Below are positions 49,778 to 59,698 of a DNA stretch of 64,000 nucleotides, piece by piece (within the stretch, counting starts at the first letter, position 1; each line of letters begins with the position of its first letter). A model generated the notes under the pieces. It saw only the letters and a list, made by a program, of their open reading frames with translations. It made no database searches and had not been told where the DNA came from. Made by a program: the position numbers and the translations under genes. Origin of the DNA: an uncultured Gemmatimonadales bacterium (GTDB taxonomy: Bacteria; Gemmatimonadota; Gemmatimonadetes; Gemmatimonadales; Gemmatimonadaceae); the NCBI GenBank assembly GCA_963793305.1, contig CAWBZV010000006.1, positions 1 through 64,000 on the forward strand, read 5' to 3'.

Positions 49778-52700
49778 TTAGAAACCCGCGTTGAAGCCGA
49801 TGGTGAACTGACGCGTCTGGGGATAGGAGCCGAAGTCGATGCCTTGCGCCAACGGGTTCGTCGCGTATTGCGTGACCTCGGGATCGAACCCTTTGTAATT
49901 GGTGACCGTGAAGAAGTTCTGCGCGCTCACGTAGATCTGGGCATTGGTCACGTTGCGCAGGCGTACGTACCGCAGCCACGCCCCCGGCAGATTGAAGTCC
50001 AGCCGAATGTTCTTGCCGCGGAGGTACGTGCCGTCCTCCACGAACAGCGTCGACGGCTTCGTCTGGAATCCCAAGTTGTTGGACGCCGGCTCGGGGACGC
50101 CGTTCGTCCCCTTGTCGAAGTACTCGTCGACGAGCCCGTTCCCGGTTCCACCGTTCTGGAGCAGCATCGCGCGGTTGATGTCATAGATCTTGTTGCCGAC
50201 GCTCCACTGCAGGAAGACCGTCAGTCCGAACCGTCCGGCCGTGAAGTGGTTCGTCATGCCACCGGTGTACAGCGGCTGGGCATTGCCGATGATCGTCTGG
50301 TCGCCCGAGCTGACCACGCCGTTCGACGAGCCGAGGTGGTACAGGTCCTTGTACACTGGCTGGCCGTTCTGCATGCCTTGATACACGTAGCCGTAGAACG
50401 CGTCGATCGGTTGGCCGACTTTGAGCACGGTCGGGTTGATGACCGCGCCGTTGCCGATGCCGCCGGCGACGTATGGGTTGATGATGATCGTATCGCCCTG
50501 GTTCCCCAGCTTCGTGATCTTGTTGGCGTTCCAGGCGAGGTTGAGGGAGGTCGACCACCCGAAGACGCCGGTCAGGTTCACGGTGTTGAGCCCGAGCTCG
50601 TACCCGACATTCTGCAGGTCGCCAATGTTCTGGAGCTGGGTCGTGTACCCGAGGATCGACGGCACCGGCACATTGAGCAGCAGGTCGTGGGTCCGCTTGT
50701 TGTAGTAGTCGGCCGTGACCGAGACCCGGTTCTTGAGGACCGACACATCGATGCCGGCGTCGAACTGGTCCGTCGTCTCCCACCTGAGATCGGGGTTCGC
50801 CAGCGTCGTCGGCGCGTAGCCACTCACGCGGCCGTTGCCGAGCGCGTACGTATTGTTGGCGAGCGTCGCCAGCGCGTTGTAGTTGCCGATGTCCTGGTTG
50901 CCCGTGCGGCCGTAGCTCACACGGAATTTCAGGTCGTCGAAGACATTCAGCGCCCTGAGGAAACTCTCTTGCGACGCGCGCCACGCGAAGGCGGCTGACG
51001 GAAACACGGCGTACTGATTATTCGAACCGAACTTGGACGACCCGTCATCGCGCAGCGTGGCGGTAAACAGGTAGCGATCCAGGATGCCGAAGTTCGCTCT
51101 CCCGAAGTATGACTCCAACGAGTTGTGTGGCGACCCGGTGAACACGCCGAGGTACGTCGCGGCATTATTGAGCCCGTTCGCCCCGAGGTTGTCCGTATTG
51201 AACGTCTGCGACTGACCGGAGATCGACTGCACGTTCGTGCGCTGGAACGTCATGCCACCGATCACGTCGATATTGCTGAACGACCCGATATTGCGTGCGT
51301 ACTTGAGTGTCGTCTCGTCGAGCCACGTCGTGGCGTCCACTTGTCCGCGACTCCCCTGTCCGCCCAACAGCTCGCCCGGCAACGTCGTCGACGGCGAGTA
51401 GAAATCCTGCAACGACGAGAGGTAGTCGATGCCCGCCGAGTTGCGCAGGGTGAGGTTCGGGAGGAGATCCCATTCGCCGAACAGGCCGCCGACGACGCGA
51501 TCCTGCGTCTCCTGGTTCGTGATCAACCGGGCGGAGGCGACGGGATTGGCGAAGAACAGGTTACTCGCGGGATCGATCCCGGTGAAGTACGAGCCAGTCG
51601 AGGTCTTGACCGGCAAGGTCGGGTTGGCCGACATCGCGTTGATCAGGACGGACGACGCGTCCGCGCCGGCGCCACCGTTCGGCATGACGTCGCCTTGCTC
51701 GCGGCTCGCGGTCACGTTCGTTCCGACGCGGAACTTCTTCCCGATGTTGTCATCGAGGTTGAGCCGGAACGAGCCGCGCGTCAAATCGGTGCCGACGATC
51801 ACGCCTTCCTGCTGCAGCAGGTTGCCGGAGACGAAGTACCGCGTATCGGGGCTGCCGCCGCCCACGGACAGATCGAGATTGCTCGTCGGCGCGGCGCGGA
51901 AGATCTGGTCCTCCCAGTTGGTTCCGGTGCCGAACGCGGTGACCTGCGCCGGCGTGTAGAGGGCCGGGGCGCCAATGTTGGTGCGCGCGAGGTTCGCCAC
52001 CGTCGCGAATTGCTGAGCGTCCATGAGCGGGAGTTTGTTCCGCACGCTCGAGGAGCCGTAGTAGCCGCTGACGTTGACCTGCGGGGTGCCGGCGCGTCCG
52101 CGCTTGGTGGTAATGAGAATGACGCCGTTCGCCGCCCGCGCGCCGTAAATCGAGGTCGCCGACGCGTCCTTCAGCACGTCGATCGACTGGATATCGTCCG
52201 GGTTGAGCCCGGCCAATGGACTGAGCCCACTCGGCCCCTGCACCTCGAGCGTACTGGACCCACTCGCCCTCAACTCCTCGGGGCTCTGCAGCAACGGGAT
52301 CCCATCGATCACGTACAGCGGATCGTTGCCAGCCGAAATCGAGTTGCCGCCGCGAATGCGCACCTCGGACGACGTCCCAGGCTGGCCGTTCGACGTCACG
52401 ACCGTCACACCGGCAGCCTTCCCCGTCAGCGCCTGGTCGAACTGCGGAACCGGCGCTTCCTCGATGTCGGCCGAGGTGACCGATGCCACGGCCCCGGTCA
52501 ATTCCCGCCGTGACGTTGTCTCATACCCGATCGACACGACTTCGCTGAGTCGAACCGCGACCTCGTGCAGCGTGAAGTCGGCCGTCACCGTCTGCCCGGC
52601 GGCCACGGTCACCGTCTGGCTATCCCGCGCAAACCCGATGCGCGTCGCGCGCAGGATGTGGCTCCCTTCGGGCACGGCGTCAATGCGATACGTGCCGTCG

Positions 52701-53236
52701 GCGCCAGAGACCGCCCCGAGCCGCGTGTCCGCCACGCGTATCGTGACGCCCGTGACCGGTTCGCCGGACGCCGCAGCCGTCACGCGCCCGGTGATCGTCC
52801 CGGACGCCATGATCGCGCTCGTCGCTCCGCGACTCATGATCGTCGCGCGTCCGTCCTTGGTGAACACAATGTCCACCGGCGCATCGGACAGCACGTCGGT
52901 GAGCGCCGCGGCCACCGTGATGTCATCGGCCTTGAGGTGCACGATCCCGTCGAACGGAATCAGATCCGTAGCGTACGCGATATCGATCCCCGTCCGACGC
53001 GAGATCGCCGCGAGGGCGTCGCGGACCGACAGGCCATCGAGGTCGAGGGAGACCTGACGCTTGAGCATCGGCGTCCGGCTGACGTTGACGGGGACCATCT
53101 TGGTCGCCGAGGCCAGCAGCAGAAACCTCGGACCACTCACCGTCGCGTCGGCATACTGCTGCTGGGCTTCTAGTAGGTGCGCGCCTGAAGAAAAGAGCGC
53201 GGCGGCGAGCGCACAGCGTCGAACGAGTAGATGCAT
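49778..53236 (-). CDS. SusC/RagA-family TonB-dependent transporter with N-terminal signalling (STN-like) extension
   Basis: PLYVIDG, DIQSIDVLKDASATSIYGARAANGVILITTKRG, NPDLRWE and terminal Phe. Confidence 0.95.
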   Translation of the reverse strand: MHLLVRRCALAAALFSSGAHLLEAQQQYADATVSGPRFLLLASATKMVPVNVSRTPMLKRQVSLDLDGLSVRDALAAISRRTGIDIAYATDLIPFDGIVHLKADDITVAAALTDVLSDAPVDIVFTKDGRATIMSRGATSAIMASGTITGRVTAAASGEPVTGVTIRVADTRLGAVSGADGTYRIDAVPEGSHILRATRIGFARDSQTVTVAAGQTVTADFTLHEVAVRLSEVVSIGYETTSRRELTGAVASVTSADIEEAPVPQFDQALTGKAAGVTVVTSNGQPGTSSEVRIRGGNSISAGNDPLYVIDGIPLLQSPEELRASGSSTLEVQGPSGLSPLAGLNPDDIQSIDVLKDASATSIYGARAANGVILITTKRGRAGTPQVNVSGYYGSSSVRNKLPLMDAQQFATVANLARTNIGAPALYTPAQVTAFGTGTNWEDQIFRAAPTSNLDLSVGGGSPDTRYFVSGNLLQQEGVIVGTDLTRGSFRLNLDDNIGKKFRVGTNVTASREQGDVMPNGGAGADASSVLINAMSANPTLPVKTSTGSYFTGIDPASNLFFANPVASARLITNQETQDRVVGGLFGEWDLLPNLTLRNSAGIDYLSSLQDFYSPSTTLPGELLGGQGSRGQVDATTWLDETTLKYARNIGSFSNIDVIGGMTFQRTNVQSISGQSQTFNTDNLGANGLNNAATYLGVFTGSPHNSLESYFGRANFGILDRYLFTATLRDDGSSKFGSNNQYAVFPSAAFAWRASQESFLRALNVFDDLKFRVSYGRTGNQDIGNYNALATLANNTYALGNGRVSGYAPTTLANPDLRWETTDQFDAGIDVSVLKNRVSVTADYYNKRTHDLLLNVPVPSILGYTTQLQNIGDLQNVGYELGLNTVNLTGVFGWSTSLNLAWNANKITKLGNQGDTIIINPYVAGGIGNGAVINPTVLKVGQPIDAFYGYVYQGMQNGQPVYKDLYHLGSSNGVVSSGDQTIIGNAQPLYTGGMTNHFTAGRFGLTVFLQWSVGNKIYDINRAMLLQNGGTGNGLVDEYFDKGTNGVPEPASNNLGFQTKPSTLFVEDGTYLRGKNIRLDFNLPGAWLRYVRLRNVTNAQIYVSAQNFFTVTNYKGFDPEVTQYATNPLAQGIDFGSYPQTRQFTIGFNAGF

Positions 53237-53248
53237 AGACAGATTCCT

Positions 53249-54307
53249 CTAGTGGTGGCGCGGATGCAGAACGACGGTCTGTCCGTGCCGCTCCTCGCGC
53301 AGATCGAGTGACAGCGCGATACGATCGATCACGATCGGCAGGGACTCGTTAGTGAACGACGCGGTCAACCGACGGCTGCCGATCGACGTATCGGCAAGCT
53401 CCAGCAGATCGCGATCATACCACCGGCGCAACTCGGCAATCACTTCATTCAGCGGCGTATCCTGGAACACGAGGCGGCCTTCGGTCCACGCCAGGTACGC
53501 GCTCAGGTCGACACCATGCGTCACGGTGAGCACGGTGTGCGCGCCGCGGCGATCGAGTCGAGCCAGGCTTCCGGCATTGAGCACCATAGGCCCTTGCGAC
53601 GAATCGACCGCAAACGCGACGGTCCCCTCGGACACGACCACCTCGGTCTCGGCGGACTGCGAATAGGCGCGGACGCCGAAGGTCGTGCCGATATCCCGCA
53701 CGACCGACGAGCTGGTGTGCACCGCGAACGGGTGCAGGCTGTCGTGGGCGACCTGGAAGTACCCGTCGCCGTCGAGGTACACATCGCGGGCGGAGTCGCC
53801 GAACGCACGCGCATAGCGCAGCCGGCTCGCCATCCCCAGCGCGACCCGAGTCCCGTCAGGGAGTCGCAAGGTCGCATGCTGGCCTCGGAGCGTGGAGACT
53901 TCGGCCATCGCATTCGCGTCCATGCGGGCGCGCACGCGTGGCGCGCCCGCGCGCCACACCGCGAAGCTCGCGCCGGCGATCACGAGCACGGCGGCCGCGA
54001 TGCGCCAGATGGGGGTCCCGCTATCGCGGATGACAATGGCCGGGGCCGGGCGTTTGGCCCCGTGGATCAATAGAAAAGATGGGCGGTTTCGGACCCTCCG
54101 GGCCGCGTCGAACCGCCGCCATCCTTCGTCGACGCCCCACTCGTACGGCACCTGGCCACCGGCACGCCACGCGGCCTCGAGCTCGGCCACCACGCGCTCA
54201 CGGCTCGGGTCTACCGCGATCCACCGGCGGATCGCCGCAGCCTCGTCGGCCGTGCACTGACCACTCACATATCGGGTGAGCCGGAGCCCGTCGATGTCTT
54301 CTTCCAC
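53249..54307 (-). CDS. FecR-family anti-sigma factor
   Basis: LPDGTRVAL, VYLDGDGYFQV, DIGTTFGV and AWTEGRLVFQDTPL. Confidence 0.92.
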   Translation of the reverse strand: MEEDIDGLRLTRYVSGQCTADEAAAIRRWIAVDPSRERVVAELEAAWRAGGQVPYEWGVDEGWRRFDAARRVRNRPSFLLIHGAKRPAPAIVIRDSGTPIWRIAAAVLVIAGASFAVWRAGAPRVRARMDANAMAEVSTLRGQHATLRLPDGTRVALGMASRLRYARAFGDSARDVYLDGDGYFQVAHDSLHPFAVHTSSSVVRDIGTTFGVRAYSQSAETEVVVSEGTVAFAVDSSQGPMVLNAGSLARLDRRGAHTVLTVTHGVDLSAYLAWTEGRLVFQDTPLNEVIAELRRWYDRDLLELADTSIGSRRLTASFTNESLPIVIDRIALSLDLREERHGQTVVLHPRHH

Positions 54308-54340
54308 TAATGGAGAAAACCCGCGAGGCCAGCTGAACCT

Positions 54341-54907
54341 TTACTTGAGGAGCGAGATCACTCCGGTCAGGACCAGGAGATAGGGTCCGAGCTTGGCGCG
54401 TAACGCCTTGAGGGCGCGCCACATCTGTTGCTCGACGGTGCTGACGGAGATGCCGAGGCGAGCGGCGATCTCGGCGTTCGGAAGGTGCTCGTGGCGGCTC
54501 ATCGAGAACACGAGCCGGCACCGCTCCGGCAGCTCCCGCATCGCGGCGACCGCCGCGTCACTCAACTCTTGCTCGACGACGGCGTTCTCGGCCTCACACG
54601 GCCGATCGTCCACGGCTTTCGACTGCCGAGCCTCGTATTGGGCCTCGACCTTACCGTGCCGGAGCGATCGCAATGCCCGGTTTCGAGCCGCCGTATATAG
54701 GTACGGAACCGCCGGCATCGGAGCTCCCGAGCCGGCGGTTTTTTCCCATAGCGTTAGAAACAGATCCTGCACCAGCTCTCGGGCGGTATCCCGCGAGCCG
54801 ACGTATCCATATACGAGGTCGCAGAGCCCCCCGTAGTGGCTTCGATACAGTACTTCGAACGTCTCCGCTGGTGTCGGTGCATGCGTGACGCCGAGCAGTG
54901 AGGCCAT
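54341..54907 (-). CDS. ECF sigma-70 factor
   Basis: ARELVQDLFLTLW, YLYTAARNRAL and LPERCRLVF...EIAARLGISVSTVE. Confidence 0.93.
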   Translation of the reverse strand: MASLLGVTHAPTPAETFEVLYRSHYGGLCDLVYGYVGSRDTARELVQDLFLTLWEKTAGSGAPMPAVPYLYTAARNRALRSLRHGKVEAQYEARQSKAVDDRPCEAENAVVEQELSDAAVAAMRELPERCRLVFSMSRHEHLPNAEIAARLGISVSTVEQQMWRALKALRAKLGPYLLVLTGVISLLK

Positions 54908-54954
54908 GGCAAAATCATTAGCTTCCCGCCGTCGTTACGCAAGAGCGACCTGGC

Positions 54955-57062
54955 CTACACAGCTGCCGCCTCCTCTTCTGAGCTAACGCGATGGGGCTTG
55001 TGGGCCGCAATGACTTTTTCCGCGGTCTCGTGCGGCACGAAGTCATAATGATCGAACTCCATCGAGTAGCTGCCCCGCCCTTGCGTCATGGACACAAGGT
55101 CGTTCGCGTAGCTCAGCATCTCGGCCAGCGGCACCAGCGCCTTGATCGTCACATGGTGCCCGCGAGGATCACTCCCACTGATCTTTCCGCGTCGTGAGCT
55201 GATATCCCCCATGAGCTGCCCGGAATACGTGTCCGGTGCCTGCACCTGCACCTGCATCACGGGTTCCAACAGTACGGGATGCGCCTGTCTCATCGCCTCT
55301 TTGAACGCGAGCGAGCCGGCGATCTTGAACGCCATGTCCGACGAATCGAACGTCGTGATACTTCCCGTCATAGAGGCTCACTCGAAAATCGACAACCGGG
55401 AACCCCGCCAAGAACCCACGGTCGGCGGCCTCTCGGATTCCCTTCTCGACCGAGGGGATCCAGTTCCGAGGAATGGCGCCCCCGACGATGTCATCGACAA
55501 ACTCGACCCCAGCCCCCCGAGGCAGGGGCTCGATCTTGATGCGGCACACGCCAAACTGCCCATGCCCACCGCTCTGCTTCTTGTGCTTGCCTTCCGCATC
55601 CGCATGCCCGCGAATCGTCTCGCGGAATGGTACGCGGGGTGGCTTGAGCGTCAGCGCGACATGATATCGCCGCCGGAGCTGCGCGACGACGACCTCAATG
55701 TGCTGCTGTCCGGCGCCGGAGATCAAGAATTCTTTGGTCTGCGGATCCCGCCTGAATCGCACGGCCGGATCGGCCTCGAGGATGCGATGAATGGCGACGC
55801 CAATGCGATCCTCGTCGGCGCGAGTCTTGGGCTCGACGGCGAACGTCAGTAACGGCTCGGGCAATGTTGCGGGCGGATAGACGATCGGCGCGGCCTTCTC
55901 GCCGAGCGTGTCGCCGGTCAGCGTGTCCTTGAGCTTGGCGATGGCGCCAAGGTCACCCGCGTGCACCTCTGGAACCGCGACTCCGGTCTTGCCCTGCAGG
56001 ACCTGCAGGTGCTGCATGCGCTCAGGAACACCCCGCGTGACATTTTGCAACGTTGCTTCGTTGCGCAGCACACCGGACAGGACCTTGAAGCAGCTGATGC
56101 GCCCGGCGAACGGGTCCGAGATCGTCTTATAGACGAAGAGCGACACGGGCTCCTCGTCGCTGATGTTGCGCTCGAACGTCCGCGCCGTCCGATTGCGTCC
56201 CGTGCGCCGGCCCTCGCGCCGCGGGCGACGGCAGCATGTCGATGATGAAATCGAGAATGTCCGCCGTGCCGATATTGTGCGTGGCTGAGCTCAGCATGAT
56301 GGGATGCAGCCGCCGCTCGGCGATCGCCGCGCGCATACCCTTCTTGAGATCCTCGACCGGCAACGTGCCTTGGTCGAAGAATTCCTGCATGAGATCGTCG
56401 TCACCCTCCGCGACGAGCTCGACGAGCGCCTCATGCGCCGCCTTCGCTTTCTCCGCGAGCTCCTTGGGAATCGGGCCGACCTTGGCCTTTCCATCGCCAT
56501 CGGACGGATACTCGTGCGCTTCCATCGTCACGAGATCGACAATGCCGTGGAACTGGCGATCGGACCCGATCGGCAACTGCACGGGAACGGCTCCGCGCCC
56601 GAACGCCTCCTGCACCGACTGCACGGCGCGCTCGTAGTTGGCGAGCTCGCGATCCATGCCGTTCACGATGAACGCGCGGGCCAGGTGATAGTCGTTCGCG
56701 TAATCCCAGACGGTTTCCGTGACGACCTGCACGCCCGCAGCGGCATCGACGAGGATGAGCGCCGCGTCCGCGGCAATCAGCGCCCCCTTCGTGTCGCACA
56801 AAAATGCCGAGTAGCCGGGAGTATCCAGAAAATTGACCTTATCCCCGTGCCACTCGGCGTACGCCATGCCCGTCTGAATCGAAACGTGCCGTGCCACTTC
56901 TTCCTCGTCCCAGTCGGTGACGGCGGTTCCGTCACCCACTTTACCGAGTCGTGGCGTCATCCCCGCGGTAAAAAGACACGCGGAGACGAGTTGTGTCTTG
57001 CCGGTGCCGCCGTGTCCTACGATTCCGACGTTCCGGATCGCATCAGTTACGTACGGTCTCAT
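54955..57062 (-). CDS. Elongation factor G paralog (EF-G2 type); +1 frame breaks near 56180 and 55349
   Basis: GHGGTGKT, DTPG, KKQSGGHGQFG, YHDV|DSSDMAF and LLEPVM; not within an str (rpsL-rpsG-fusA-tuf) operon. Confidence 0.9.
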
Positions 57063-57214
57063 TTTGTGTCACCCCGGTGGCCGTTCCTTCCCGATATTAC
57101 TCGCCGCGCGCGCATAGGCTAGCCACAAAACAGACTCAGCCATGACGATTTGAGAATTTGGGCGGGTGAGCCTCGTTCTTATCATCGCGGGAATTTCACA
57201 AACAGGAGACTGGA

Positions 57215-59593
57215 GTGCGTACGCTTCGCTTCGCTGCGGCGCTCGCCGTGGTGTATTTGATAGCCGCCTGTAGCACTAGTGGCCCCAGCGGGCCGCAAGC
57301 TGGGACGGTCAGTGGCACAATCTCGAGCTCCTTAGGGGGCGCAATCGCCAGCGCGACGGTGACCGTGACCCCGACGAGCGGCACCGCCCCCGCGGCGGTC
57401 CAATCCGCGGCCAACGGCACGTACTCGGTCCCGAACGTCCCCGGTGGCGGCGGCACGGTCGCCGTCTCGAATGTCCCCGCCAACTGCACCGCGCCGGCGG
57501 CGGCATCATACAGTGGCGTGAACGCCAACACGGTCACCGTCAACGTTCAGGTGACATGCGTCCAGACCGGTACCCTCATGGGAACGGTGACCAGCAGCCT
57601 GACCCAGGGCGCCGGCATCAGCGGCGCCACCGTCACCGTGACTCCGACGGGCGCGGCGGCGCTTCCCGGAGTCACCACGAACTCCTCGGGCCAGTACTCG
57701 GTGCCGAACGTTCCCTACGGCTCCGGCACCATCGCGCTCTCGAACCTGCCGGCCGGGTGCACGGCGTCGGGGGCGTCCAACTATTCGCTGAATAGCTCGT
57801 CGAATTTGATCGACATCAATGTCCCGTGTACGGCCGTCAGCACGACGAGGCTGAACGTCGGCCAAGTCGCCCTCTTCACGGACTCGCCGCAATTCGCGAC
57901 GAACCTCACGCTGGCGCCGAACGGCGTCTACATCATGGCGGTAGTGAACACCGACAGCGCGAGCTCGGCCACTGAAGATTTCACGCTGTCGGGCGCACTC
58001 AACGCTCAGGGCCCGAGTCGCGTCGCGTCGCGGCGAGCGCACGTCGCCGCGGGTCCACTCAAGCGCCGCGCCACGCCACGCAGCGCTCGCGGGCCGGCAC
58101 TCGATCCGCAACTGGCGCGTGACCTCGCGTTTGCGCGACGCGCCGAGGCGGGCCACGTCGCGCAGCTCGATCGCGACCTCCGAGGAGCGAGCGCGTTGAG
58201 AAGCGCGTCGGCCGCGTGGCGCGCCAATCGGGCCGGCAAGGCGGCACTGCCGGGCATCCGTGCGCAGTCGCTCGTCAGTACCGTGGTTGGCGACGTGAAT
58301 CCGATCAATGTGCCGGTCCCGAGTTGCACGCAATTCACGACTATCGGCGCCAGGACCGTGTACGTCGGAGCGCACGTGCAGATCGTCGCCGACACCAGCC
58401 TGACGAACTGGCCGGCGCAATATCGGCCCGATTCGTCGTACTACACGACATTGGGCCAGGAATACGACACGCTGACCTACGCCAAGCACCTCCTGACGTA
58501 CATCGGCGATCCGCTGCAGTACGACGGGCAGCTGCCCCTCGGCGCCGGCAAAGTCACGATTGTCCTGACACCGGTGTTGAATGGCGAGAGCACGGGCGGC
58601 ACGCAGGGCGGCGGAACGATCCTGGCCTTTGTATCCCCATGCGATCTCGTGCCGTCGTCGGTCGCGGCGAGCTCGAACGAGACCGAGATGATCTACCACC
58701 TCGTGCCGTCGGCGAGCTTCAGCGTCGCCTTCTGGCAGCGCGAGATCCGGCCGACGTTGGCTCACGAGTCGAAGCATATCGTCTCACTTGGCCAGCACAT
58801 CTACATGCCAAGCGCTACGGTGTTCGAGCAGGTCTGGCTCGAGGAGGGATTGGCGCAGGTCTCGTCCGAGATCTGGGGTCGCAACTATAACGCTGCCACC
58901 TGGCGTGGCAACGCGGGATTCGCGGCGACGATCGGCTGCGAGGTGGCCGGTTTCGTCGAGGCGTGCAACACGCCAACAAGCCCGTACACGTTCCTCCCGA
59001 GTCACATGGCGTGGCTCGAGCAATGGCTGCAGACGGTCGACAGTGTCTCGCAAACGCTCAACGGCACGACGCCCGGCCGTTACGGCGCCGGATGGTCGAT
59101 CGCGCGGTGGGCGATCGACCAGTACGCGAGCGGCAACACGCCGTCCGCGGAGGCGGCGACCATCAAGGCGCTGATCGGCGACGTGACGCTGAACGGATTC
59201 GCGAACATCACCAGCGTCACCGGCGCGTCCGAGGTGCAGACCCTGCTCGACTGGAGCCTCGCGACGGCGCTCGACACCGTGACGCTCGTCGACTCGGCGA
59301 CGTTCATCCCGACCAGCATTCAGACGACGGTACCGAGCTTCGACTTCCGCAACATCTTCTCGGTGGCCGGGAACGGTGGAGTCTATCCGCTAGCGGCGCC
59401 GCTTCGGCCGTTCATCGTGAACGCCGGACCGATCAACGGCTCCGTGACCGGCGTCTCTGGCACGGACCCGGTGTACATCGAGGTGATTGCCGGTGCGAGC
59501 GGCGGGACCGAGACCCTTCAACTCTTGAGCGGGGCTGGCGGGACCATTTCGCCGGCGAGCGGATTCCGAGTGGGGATCATCCGCGTGCAGTAG
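57215..59593 (+). CDS. Lipoprotein with two carboxypeptidase-regulatory-like repeats and an HExxH zinc-metallopeptidase domain
   Basis: IAAC lipobox; repeated GTxxGTxxSSL...ATVTVTPT...YSVPNVP; TLAHESKH...WLEEGLA. Confidence 0.8.
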   Translation: MRTLRFAAALAVVYLIAACSTSGPSGPQAGTVSGTISSSLGGAIASATVTVTPTSGTAPAAVQSAANGTYSVPNVPGGGGTVAVSNVPANCTAPAAASYSGVNANTVTVNVQVTCVQTGTLMGTVTSSLTQGAGISGATVTVTPTGAAALPGVTTNSSGQYSVPNVPYGSGTIALSNLPAGCTASGASNYSLNSSSNLIDINVPCTAVSTTRLNVGQVALFTDSPQFATNLTLAPNGVYIMAVVNTDSASSATEDFTLSGALNAQGPSRVASRRAHVAAGPLKRRATPRSARGPALDPQLARDLAFARRAEAGHVAQLDRDLRGASALRSASAAWRANRAGKAALPGIRAQSLVSTVVGDVNPINVPVPSCTQFTTIGARTVYVGAHVQIVADTSLTNWPAQYRPDSSYYTTLGQEYDTLTYAKHLLTYIGDPLQYDGQLPLGAGKVTIVLTPVLNGESTGGTQGGGTILAFVSPCDLVPSSVAASSNETEMIYHLVPSASFSVAFWQREIRPTLAHESKHIVSLGQHIYMPSATVFEQVWLEEGLAQVSSEIWGRNYNAATWRGNAGFAATIGCEVAGFVEACNTPTSPYTFLPSHMAWLEQWLQTVDSVSQTLNGTTPGRYGAGWSIARWAIDQYASGNTPSAEAATIKALIGDVTLNGFANITSVTGASEVQTLLDWSLATALDTVTLVDSATFIPTSIQTTVPSFDFRNIFSVAGNGGVYPLAAPLRPFIVNAGPINGSVTGVSGTDPVYIEVIAGASGGTETLQLLSGAGGTISPASGFRVGIIRVQ

Positions 59594-59698
59594 CATATCC
59601 GGACACGATAGTTCAAAACCGAACACCCGCGCAGTCGTAGATAGCGTGTAGTCAACGAGTTACTGTAGGCACGGGTCTTCCATAGAGGAGCGGTCCAT

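Noticed and set aside
3579..52513. Long antisense and alternate-frame ORFs (for example 3579..5018+, 41273..42721+, 43333..44547+, 46068..48329+, 51125..52513+)
   Set aside because: They are shadow ORFs of well-supported genes, expected from GC-rich codon bias, and carry no motifs.
1800..56200. Frameshifts in scpA, amidohydrolase, LVIVD protein, aminotransferase, paaZ, paaJ, phosphoesterase and EF-G2 as pseudogenes or programmed frameshifts
   Set aside because: The nine breaks I resolved are each a single extra base, with no slippery motif and intact coding on both sides, including conserved genes. Systematic sequencing or consensus error is the simplest explanation.
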